The translations under genes were made by a program, and so were the position numbers. The notes beneath the pieces were generated by a model. The model did no database searches, had not been told where the DNA came from, and worked only from the letters and a program-made list of their open reading frames with translations. A stretch of 63,623 bases of DNA, filler included, from Octopus bimaculoides (Eukaryota): the NCBI RefSeq assembly GCF_001194135.2. It is 10 parts of 9 records of this genome, joined end to end, with 100 filler letters (N's around TTAATTAATTAA, not from the genome) between each part and the next. Parts side by side here need not be neighbours in the genome. Positions count along the whole stretch, not along the records: positions 33,781 to 40,770 come from NC_068985.1; positions 40,871 to 49,524 come from NW_026365379.1; 8 more parts are not named here. One strand, written 5' to 3'. Shown here piece by piece: positions 36,004 to 46,428 of this stretch. Each line of letters opens with the position of its first letter. Position 1 is the first letter of the stretch.

Positions 36004-37202
36004 AAGATACAAGATAAGCAAAATCAAAGCTGAAAGTATTTTTCTTGACCTCCTCTATCCTTTTTAGTGCGGGGTCAAAATGGAAAAGATTTTATAACCA
36101 AAGAGATGTTATCTCGATCCCTGCACTTGGTATCACTTAAGGTTTGGATTTTTTTATCTCCTCAGTCTTTGTCACTTTCAGTCTGTCTGACTGCTTAACA
36201 GATTGACTCTGTCTCCGTCTTTCAACATACACACACACAGATATGCATTACATATACTTGCACATACACACACAACATACATACAACACATACATANNNN
36301 NNNNNNNNNNNNNNNNNNNNNNNNNNNNNNNNNNNNNNNNNNNNNNNNNNNNNNNNNNNNNNNNNNNNNNNNNNNNNNNNNNNNNNNNNNNNNNNNNNNN
36401 NNNNNNNNNNNNNNNNNNNNNNNNNNNNNNNNNNNNNNNNNNNNNNNNNNNNNNNNNNNNNNNNNNNNNNNNNNNNNNNNNNNNNNNNNNNNNNNNNNNN
36501 NNNNNNNNNNNNNNNNNNNNNNNNNNNNNNNNNNNNNNNNNNNNNNNNNNNNNNNNNNNNNNNNNNNNNNNNNNNNNNNNNNNNNNNNNNNNNNNNNNNN
36601 NNNNNNNNNNNNNNNNNNNNNNNNNNNNNNNNNNNNNNNNNNNNNNNNNNNNNNNNNNNNNNNNNNNNNNNNNNNNNNNNNNNNNNNNNNNNNNNNNNNN
36701 NNNNNNNNNNNNNNNNNNNNNNNNNNNNNNNNNNNNNNNNNNNNNNNNNNNNNNNNNNNNNNNNNNNNNNNNNNNNNNNNNNNNNNNNNNNNNNNNNNNN
36801 NNNNNNNNNNNNNNNNNNNNNNNNNNNNTATATATATATATATATATATATAGATATATAGATATATATATATATATATACACACACATATACATATATC
36901 TATACACACATATACATATATCTATACACACACAAACATATAAATATTAGGTTGAGGAAAAAGTTCGTGTGCCGTGTTAAAATAATGCTTTTCTAAATAT
37001 ATTTTTGTGGTGTGTGTGTGTTCATGCAGTTCATTATTTTAATACGGCGCACGAACTTTTTCCTCAACCAAGTATATATATAGAGAGAGAGGGAGAAATC
37101 TCAATATATGTTACAGAGTGTATTTATAATTTCGACGCTGATGTGTCACGCTTATACCAGAGTATTGTTAGAATATTATACTATGGTATACTAGTGAGGG
37201 TT

Positions 37203-37502
37203 GGAGGTGCAATGGCCCAGTGGTTAGGGCAGCGAACTCGCGGTCGGAGGATCGCGGATTCGATTCCCAGACCGGGCGTTGTGAGTGTTTATTGAGCGAA
37301 AACACCTAAGCTCCTGATGACTCCGGCAGGGGGTGGTGATGACTCCTGTTGTACTCTTTCTCTCACTTTTTTTTCCTGTTTCTTGAGTAACTCTGCGATG
37401 GACTGGCGTCCCGTCCAGCTGGGGGGAACACATACGCCATAGGAACCGGGAAACCGGGACCATGAGCCTGGCTAGGCTTTGGAAGGGCGGTGTTTATCGT
37501 TT
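37203..37502 (+). mobile_element. SINE with a family A head and body but a different 3' module; 13-bp TSD
   Basis: Matches family A to about 37383, then reads ctctgcgatggactggcgtcccgtccag...; TSD tatactagtgagg at 37187-99 and 37503-15. Confidence 0.92.
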
Positions 37503-37511
37503 TATACTAGT

Positions 37512-37727
37512 GAGGCAGCGAACTGGAAGAATTGTTAGCTCGCCGGGAAAAACGAGTCGTGGCATTTCGTCCTTCTTTGTGTTCTGAGTTCAAATTCCGC
37601 TGAGCTCGACTTTGTTTTTCATCCGTCTCGGGGTCAATAAAACAAGTACCATTTGAGCACTGGGGCCGATGTAATTGATACCCTTCCCCGATATTGTTGG
37701 CCTTGTGCCAAAATTTGAAATCAATAT
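37512..37727 (+). mobile_element. SINE family B, full length, with a 14-bp TSD
   Basis: TSD tatggtatactagt at 37182-95 and 37728-41. Confidence 0.9.
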
Positions 37728-38337
37728 TATGGTATACTAGTACAACCGTGCCGTCAAAAATGATTATATTTTAAGAGTAATATGCTGAAACTGGTATTTG
37801 ATAAATTTCATCAACATTAAGAACACCCCATGTATATATGAACTTGTTACAGATCATATGTTACCAAACTAGGGTATGATCAAAATTCATTTACCAAAAG
37901 TAGTATCTTTTTTCAATGTAGCATAATTAGTGTATATGCATAATATAAATGTCATTATGACATGTGCAGTGAAACACACATTCTCCACATTATACAAATT
38001 TTATTCAGTATATGTTCCCCACATATATTTCCTATGATTAATGTAAATGAGTTACCGTATAAAATATATTATAACTTTTATGCAATAGAATATACATACT
38101 TGCAGTAAACATATGTAAATACATTTCCAATATTGCACACATACACCATACAATGCATCATATATGACTAAAATTGGACCTACTAATTTACAAATGATAA
38201 TGCTTAACACTTAATTTAATATCAGCAGCATGTTAACGGCTTCTTACTTAAAATTATATATGTATATATTATTATTTGTTCGTTTCCGTCTGGACTATGA
38301 AAGGTCTTTTTATATTATTCATACCAATATGTTATTC

Positions 38338-38411
38338 CTGACGAGGAATCTAATTTTTATTTCAAGAAGAGCTTTTCGTCTTTGTCTTTGGAATTAATTA
38401 GACGCCGAAAC
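38338..38411 (+). ncRNA. Truncated hammerhead ribozyme (core, stem II and GAAAC), stem III replaced by a SINE fragment
   Basis: CTGACGA (38338-44), ggaatctaatt ... aattagacgcc (9/11 bp), GAAAC (38407-11). Confidence 0.6.
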
Positions 38412-38460
38412 AATTTCACGAGCAGGATATTCCGTTGCTCGGATCAACTGGAACCCTAGT
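38412..38460 (+). mobile_element. SINE family A 3' fragment
   Basis: aatttcacgagcagg.tattccgttg.tcggatcaactggaaccct. Confidence 0.8.
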
Positions 38461-38501
38461 CGAACACTTTGCTAGCCAGGTTATATGTACACACACACAC
38501 G

Positions 38502-38566
<65 letters not shown>

Positions 38567-39027
38567 NNNNNNNNNNNNNNNNNNNNNNNNNNNNNNNNNN
38601 NNNNNNNNNNNNNNNNNNNNNNNNNNNNNNNNNNNNNNNNNNNNNNNNNNNNNNNNNNNNNNNNNNNNNNNNNNNNNNNNNNNNNNNNNNNNNNNNNNNN
38701 NNNNNNNNNNNNNNNNNNNNNNNNNNNNNNNNNNNNNNNNNNNNNNNNNNNNNNNNNNNNNNNNNNNNNNNNNNNNNNNNNNNNNNNNNNNNNNNNNNNN
38801 NNNNNNNNNNNNNNNNNNNNNNNNNNNNNNNNNNNNNNNNNNNNNNNNNNNNNNNNNNNNNNNNNNNNNNNNNNNNNNNNNNNNNNNNNNNNNNNNNNNN
38901 NNNNNNNNNNNNNNNNNNNNNNNNNNNNNNNNNNNNNNNNNNNNNNNNNNNNNNNNNNNNNNNNNNNNNNNNNNNNNNNNNNNNNNNNNNNNNNNNNNNN
39001 NNNNNNNNNNNNNNNNNNNNNNNNNNN

Positions 39028-39074
<47 letters not shown>

Positions 39075-39093
39075 ACCACACACACACACACAC

Positions 39094-39132
<39 letters not shown>

Positions 39133-39849
39133 CAGATATGGTTATTTAATCCGTGGGATTCAATCTAAATGCATTTCAAGTTCAATATATCTACTGCGCA
39201 TAGAACTATTAATCACATGCACCGTAAGTTCAGCTTAGTTTTACGAAGACAGAAATTTTTTTGCAATCGCTCAGTGTCATTACAACGTTAGTCGCTAGCG
39301 AATGCGATCTGCTGCCTGAGTGTGGATATGATATTGTCTGTTTGTTTGCCTTCGTTGATGGAGCTTATTTTAAGCGGGATATTTTGTTTCATGTGATTGT
39401 ATAAAATAAATAAGAATGAATATATATGGAATTAAACAAATGCTAGTTAATAATGAATGCCGCAAGACGTTTGTAGACCAAAGTATAGAACAATATAAAA
39501 ACTATTAATAAAAGAAACACCAGTCAGTAAGAACACACAAACCATACATATACTGTGCTAATACTACGCTACATGGGCCGAATGTCCCTTAGTTAGAGAA
39601 TGGATAAGCATGTCGATAGGTAGTAGAAATTCCTTAGAAGAACCGGACCCCAGAAGGTCTTTAGAGAAGAAACCCTCTTCATGTAAGTATTTCGACTCTT
39701 GACTCTTTACACTGGGGGTCGGTGAGCCAAGGTAAATTGCCCCAAGTTGGGTAAAAAGGAAATTCTTGCGGGTAATGAGGTCTCATTAGACAAGTAAAAG
39801 CTTTATATTAGAGACAGAACGCAAAGTAAAGCAAGATAGCTGCTTTTGA

Positions 39850-40345
39850 AAGTTAGCTTTACTTTTGGAAGATTGTGAACATATTTCTTTTGACGACATC
39901 AAGGATGCGGTTATGATGCATCTTACCAAACTCAGAGAACGCTTCTCTGATTACTTTACAGACCTTGAGTCACACACTGTCAGTTGGTTTGTAGATCCCC
40001 TTAAATGTGAAATTGCTGATGTACCAGACGAGCCTCAAGGGTTGACAAAGACACTTCTTGAACATCGATCCAATAATGAATCACGCATTGAACTTGAAAA
40101 CAAAGCAGATCTGTTACATTTTTAGATATCAACTGCTGCAAAGGCTTTCAAAATTGGACATGAGGAGGTAGTCAATAGCTTGCTGTTTTTGCAACAACCT
40201 ACATTTCCCACTCTAATAAACATAAAAACAAAGCAGAGAAATCGATTGGGGCCCGAAGACAGTATCCAAATTGCTCTGGCTTTAAAATGCCCCAATTTTG
40301 ATATAATTGTAACAAAAACGAAACAACCTCATTTCTCCAAAACCT
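39850..40345 (+). mobile_element. hAT (Charlie-like) transposase C-terminal remnant
   Basis: HLTKLRERFSDYFTDL..WFVDP..LLE.RSN..LLHF*I.. and TLINIKTKQRNRL..EDSIQIALALKCPNFDIIV resemble the hAT dimerisation region. Confidence 0.8.
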
Positions 40346-40443
40346 GAAATGAAAATGTTTCTAGAAGAATCATTTTGTTTCATAATGAAGATATTAATTT
40401 ATTTTATCGCATATGTTTTATGCTTTTTATATTTATAATAATT

Positions 40444-40770
40444 GGAGGCGCAATGGCCCAGTGGTTAGGGCAGCGGACTCGCGGACATAGGATCGCGGTT
40501 TCGATTCCAAGACCGGGCGTTGTGAGTGTTTATTGAGTGAAAACACCTAAAGCTCCACGAGGCTCCGGCAGGGGATGGTGGTGAACCCTGCTGTACTCTT
40601 TCACCACAACTTTCTCCTACTCTTACTTCCTGTTTCTCCTGTTTCTGTTGTGCCTGTAATTCAAAGGGGTCAGCCTTGTCACACTGTGTCACGCTGAATA
40701 TCCCCGAGAACTACGTTAAGGGTACACGTGTCTGTGGAGTGCTCAGCCACTTGCACGTTAATTTCACGAG
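40444..40770 (+). mobile_element. SINE family A (3' end lost in a gap)
   Basis: A box TGGCCCAGTGG, B box ggtttcgattcc, family A body. Confidence 0.95.
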
Positions 40771-40870
40771 NNNNNNNNNNNNNNNNNNNNNNNNNNNNNN
40801 NNNNNNNNNNNNNNTTAATTAATTAANNNNNNNNNNNNNNNNNNNNNNNNNNNNNNNNNNNNNNNNNNNN

Positions 40871-43800
40871 AACAACTGGATTATGGGAGTAGAGATTGAA
40901 GAAATTCAGAGACACAATAACAAAAAGAGCAAAAGGAGAGAGGAAACAGCAGAAAGCAGTAAGAGATGAAGAACATGAAACAGATGGAAACCGGAAAATA
41001 CCAAAGAATACTGATAAAGAAACTGATGAAGACGATCTAGGTGGACAAGTGAGAGTAAGTACTGCACAAGACTGGAATGATGGAGAGAAGGAGATTTTAG
41101 AAATGTTGCGAGGTAAAATGTCTGATAGGAACAATGAAGTACCACCAAATGTAGGATTTATGGACAGAAAACAAGTGAGGAAAGCCACAGGCAGAGTAAA
41201 TGATGCTTTAAGCCTGATTAAAAGAGAAACAATCAGTGAAACAAATCAGCTAATCATAGCTGCTGCTGCTAATGTTGCAGCTAACATGGTAGGCTACAAG
41301 TGAAAAACTGAAGATCTAAAAGCAAATGAAAAGAAAGAATCNNNNNNNNNNNNNNNNNNNNNNNNNNNNNNNNNNNNNNNNNNNNNNNNNNNNNNNNNNN
41401 NNNNNNNNNNNNNNNNNNNNNNNNNNNNNNNNNNNNNNNNNNNNNNNNNNNNNNNNNNNNNNNNNNNNNNNNNNNNNNNNNNNNNNNNNNNNNNNNNNNN
41501 NNNNNNNNNNNNNNNNNNNNNNNNNNNNNNNNNNNNNNNNNNNNNNNNNNNNNNNNNNNNNNNNNNNNNNNNNNNNNNNNNNNNNNNNNNNNNNNNNNNN
41601 NNNNNNNNNNNNNNNNNNNNNNNNNNNNNNNNNNNNNNNNNNNNNNNNNNNNNNNNNNNNNNNNNNNNNNNNNNNNNNNNNNNNNNNNNNNNNNNNNNNN
41701 NNNNNNNNNNNNNNNNNNNNNNNNNNNNNNNNNNNNAAGGCATCTATTTGAGGAAATAGGAGGCCAACACCAGGAACTGATTCCAGATGTTGATGAAAGC
41801 AAAGAACTTAGGAGAAGCTGTGGAACAGGCCAGCGGGACATAAAGAAAGTGTGGAGTGGCTGACAAAGGTGGAAAGTCCACTTGCAACAGTATAAAGACA
41901 GAAGGACGTCAGAATTAATCTATGTAGAATGAGACAGAAGTTTTAAAAAATAGCAAATTGAAAAGGCCTAGGTCCAGATGGAGTACAAGGCTATTTGGCT
42001 GAAGAACATTACAACATTTTCATGATAGGATCATTATGCAACTGGAAGACTACCTGCAACAAGGTCATGCCCCTGCCTGGATGAATGCTACTATGCTTCA
42101 AGGATCCTTTGAAAGGGAACTTGGCATCAAATTTTCGACCTATCACCTGTTTACCACTTATGTGGAAGCTTATAGCTCGTGCCTTGGTGGAAGAGTTATA
42201 AAACCATCTGGAAAGTAACAGTCTACTTCCAGAAGANNNNNNNNNNTGGAAGAGTTATAAAACCATCTGGAAAGTAACAGTCTACTTCCAGAAGAACAGA
42301 AAGGATTCAGGAAACAAAGTAGGGCAACAAGAGAACACTTTTTAGTCAATAAAATTATAGAAATTGCAGATGCAGATTGACGGAACTGAATGTAGCATAG
42401 CTAGATTACAAAACGCATACGACATGGTACCATACAGATGGATGAGTAAAACGATGAGCATGTTTGGAATAGAAGAAAAAAACATGGAGAAAATGCTGAA
42501 TGAAAGTATGAAACATTGGAATGCTGAAATTGATCGGAGGAAAACAAAGACTCAGAGAAGTGAACATCAGACATGGAATATTCCAAGGTGAAAGCTTATC
42601 TCCATTGTTATTCATATTGGTCTTGATACCACTCACTATGATACTACAAAAAGCTAAAATTGCTTATGATTTGGGAAAAGGAAATGGTCAGATAAATCAT
42701 CTCCTTTTCATGGNNNNNNNNNNTCCTTTTCATGGATGATATAAAGGTTTATGTGAAAAATGAGAAACAGCTTAAAAGTCTTGTACATACTATTCACAAT
42801 TTCTCAAATGATGTAGGTATGGAATTTGGAATAGGAAAGTGCAATATATTGAAAACGAAACTAGGAAGATTTGAAAGAAACCAGGGAATTGAAATGCCAA
42901 ATGGTCAAACAATGAGAGCAGTCAAAAAAGGACAATGGAATAAATATTTGGGAATACTGGAAGCAGANNNNNNNNNNCACACAAAGAGAGTCAGAAAATA
43001 ATTGTAGCTAAAGCTGAATTCCAAAAACTTTATTGAAGCAATAGATTCAAGAGCAGTACCCTTAATAGGTATGGTGTTGGAATTATAGACTTGACAAGAA
43101 ATGATATAAAGAAACTTGANNNNNNNNNNNNNNNNNNNNNNNNNNNNNNNNNNNNNNNNNNNNNNNNNNNNNNNNNNNNNNNNNNNNNNNNNNNNNNNNN
43201 NNNNNNNNAGAGACCAGGGTGGAAGAGACTTAATAGCAGTAGAAGAATGTGTACAGATAGAAAGAAGAAGTCTAGTAGAGTATTTACAAAGCAGCAGAGA
43301 AAAAAATACTAGAGACAGTTAATGAAGACAGAATCTACCNNNNNNNNNNNNNNNNNNNNNNNNNNNNNNNNNNNNNNNNNNNNNNNNNNNNNNNNNNNNN
43401 NNNNNNNNNNNNNNNNNNNNNNNNNNNNNNNNNNNNNNNNNNNNNNNNGCCAATTTTGGAGAATCACTGAAGAGTGGAACAAGATCCTGGGCTTAATTAA
43501 AAAAAGGAGCAATTAAAAATAGAAACAGAGAGCCTAATTGTAGCAGCCTAAGATCAAGCAATAAAAACAAACAACTTGAGAAAAAATATAAATGGAGAGN
43601 NNNNNNNNNNNNNNNNNNNNNNNNNNNNNNNNNNNNNNNNNNNNNNNNNNNNNNNNNNNNNNNNNNNNNNNNNNNNNNNNNNNNNNNNNNNNNNNNNNNN
43701 NNNNNNNNNNNNNNNNNNNNNNNNNNNNNNNNNNNNGGAGGCATGACCAGGTTGTAAATGTTTTACACTGGGAACTGTGCCAGAAACGGGGATTTGAAGC

Positions 43801-44250
43801 TGGAAACGTGTGGTACAATCACCGAGTTGAATGAGTACTGGAATTGAAGAAATGTAAGATNNNNNNNNNNNNNNNNNNNNNNNNNNNNNNNNNNNNNNNN
43901 NNNNNNNNNNNNNNNNNNNNNNNNNNNNNNNNNNNNNNNNNNNNNNNNNNNNNNNNNNNNNNNNNNNNNNNNNNNNNNNNNNNNNNNNNNNNNNNNNNNN
44001 NNNNCAAAGAAAATACAATCCCTTAAGTTTGAAATAGGAAGAATTTGGAGCATGTGAACAGTAAAGGTCATACCCATAATAATTGGTGTGTTGGGAACAG
44101 TAAACCAAGATATAGACAAATGGTTGAAGGAGATTGAAACAGANNNNNNNNNNNNNNNNNNNNNNNNNNNNNNNNNNNNNNNNNNNNNNNNNNNNNNNNN
44201 NNNNNNNNNNNNNNNNNNNGAACCTGAGCCAAACCAAAATAATAATAATG
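40871..44250 (+). mobile_element. Degraded long R4/Dong-clade LINE (N-terminal region, RT, RLE), interrupted by gaps
   Basis: [83 protein letters not shown]; ends in aataataataatg. Confidence 0.92.
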
Positions 44251-44294
44251 GTTTCTAATTTTAAGCACATTGTCATCATTTTAAGAAAGGGGAT

Positions 44295-44370
44295 TAATTG
44301 ACACCTTTGACCCCAGTACTTGACTTAGCACTTGATTTTATCAATCCTGAAAGGATGAAAGGTAAAGTTA
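44295..44370 (-). mobile_element. SINE family B internal fragment
   Basis: tttgaccccagtacttgact...ttttatcaatcctgaaaggatgaaaggtaaagt. Confidence 0.7.
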
Positions 44371-44744
44371 GTATTAGTCTTCTTTCATAATTTCATTGAC
44401 ATCTAGGATATTTTATAGGAATATTAAATCTTCNNNNNNNNNNNNNNNNNNNNNNNNNNNNNNNNNNNNNNNNNNNNNNNNNNNNNAAAGTAAAGTTGAA
44501 CTTGGAGGAAGTACTCATTCCATTAAACATCTTTATTGACTAAATACTAAATAAAAGAACTTTATTTTATCCCATTCTTCACTTAATTCTTGCACCAGCG
44601 GCAATAACAATTCTTCAAATTTTTGTGCATTCTGCTGGCAGTTACTTCATGCCGAATCATTTGCAAGAATGAAAAACTTTTATATCCTGTGTCTGAAATG
44701 AAAAGGGATTGTCACAGATAGAATGTTTACTTTTACAGGGTAGC

Positions 44745-45250
44745 CCCGGAGCTCAACAACATCAGCAGCAACAAGAACAAGAACAAGAACAACAACAACA
44801 ACAACAACAACGAGCTATGACGTTGTTGAGCATGCTAGAAATAACAGCTAAATTTGCCTCAGATGACACCTAATCATTTCCAAATATGAAAAACTACAAA
44901 TTACAAAGGCATATGATTATAGATTGAATACCTTTGACCCTAAGGTTACTGCTCAAAGGAATGAGGTGGGGGGGGGAAGAAGTGCCTCTGGAGAGCTAAA
45001 CAACAATAACAAACTATGTTGTTGCAGAACGTGCTAAAAATNNNNNNNNNNGAGCTAAACAACAATAACAAACTATGTTGTTGCAGAACGTGCTAAAAAT
45101 AGCTAAATCTGCCTTGGATCACACTCAACAGTACTCAAATTTGAATAACTACAGAATCACAAAGACACATGGTTAAAGACTGAATGTCTCTGACCCAAAG
45201 GATTGAAGTAGGGGACTGCCCCTGGGCTAAACAACATCAACAACAACAAT
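44745..45250 (+). repeat. Tandem copies of a short (CAA)n-tailed retroelement (family F); another copy at about 46480-46600
   Basis: The unit (g)ctaaacaacaac...tgttg...tgcta..aa.agctaaat.tgcct...tgaccc.aagg recurs; tail cctggggctaaacaac. Confidence 0.6.
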
Positions 45251-45803
45251 CAGACGAGGAAGAAGAAGGCAAAAGAGGAATATGGTTTGTAGAGTACTTA
45301 CGTCTTTGAGATTTGTGAAAACATGAAGAAGTTGCCTGTTACTGAGAATAGCTTTCTGGTAAACTTGGATCTTACAACTGATCTTGTGATGGGATCTGTC
45401 GAGGAGTTCCAGGGAGAACGAGCAGTGGANNNNNNNNNNATCTTGTGATGGGATCTGTCGAGGAGTTCCAGGGAGAACGAGCAGTGGAGGTTGTTCTGGT
45501 TACCACTCCAGATATGGCGGAACGGAATTTCCTGTTGGAATGGTAAATAGGAAGAGCATGATACACACGNNNNNNNNNNAACGGAATTTCCTGTTGGAAT
45601 GGTAAATAGGAAGAGCATGATACACACGTTATTATATAAGAAGTAAAAGGGATTAATAAATCCAGGCAGATACCTATGAAGAACTCAGTGTTAAATGAAT
45701 TTGGTTAAATATATCAAACAACCAGAATTCCAGGTAATTCTTTGTGTATGACAAGTTAATCCAAATATCATTTAAAAGAATTTCAGTTCAGAGTATAAGA
45801 CAA

Positions 45804-46247
45804 AGGGTATACCTAGGAAGATGTGGGACGAAGTGATGAGAAAGGATCTTCAGATATTGGGCCTCACAGAGGGGATGACATGGGACCAAGATTTCCAACA
45901 GTTTGTTGTGCTGGAGAAGACACTTCAAGCAAAGTAAAATCAGGGCTCTCCTTGCATACAGGTATGTCCTCTACATCCCTCTTCAGCTGAGCGATCCTAA
46001 TCTTGTGGGCTCATGGGTGCTGGTACCACATAAACACACCTGTGCAGGTGTTGCATAAAAGCTCCCAGTACACTCTGTAAAGTGATTGGTATTAGAAAGG
46101 ACATCCAGCCGTAGAAACCATGCCAAAACAGATATGGAGTGTCAGGGCAACTCTTCAGCTGCCCAGCTCCTGTCAAACTGTCCAACCCATGCCAGCATGG
46201 AAAAGAGACATTAAACAATGATAATGACAATGATGATGATGATGATG
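45804..46247 (+). mobile_element. RTE-clade LINE extreme 3' end with 3' UTR and (GAT)n tail
   Basis: PRKMWDEVMRKDLQILGLTEGMTWDQD..VVLEKT; UTR ..gattggtattagaaaggacatccagccgtagaaacc..aacccatgccagcatggaaa..(gat)n. Confidence 0.85.
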
Positions 46248-46259
46248 TACATATACAAA

Positions 46260-46428
46260 CAGGAAGTGCCTTAAGAGAACAATTGGGTATAAACAGCATC
46301 AGCTGTAGTATGCAAGAGAAGACTGCACTGGTTTGGTCATGTGATGCATATGGGTGAGGACAGCTGCATAAAGAAGTGCTGATCTCTAATTGTGAAGAGA
46401 ACCTGTGGACAGGGTAGGCTTAGGAAAG
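46260..46428 (+). mobile_element. RTE-clade LINE C-terminal coding fragment
   Basis: LREQLGINSISCSMQE(fs)RLHWFGHVMHMGEDSCIKKC*SLIVKRTCGQGRLRK. Confidence 0.85.

Noticed and set aside
36085-36170. Minus-strand CTGAGGA-gat...atc-GAGA-taac..gtta-ta hammerhead-like arrangement
   Set aside because: A14 is substituted and stem I does not pair in register; compatible with chance
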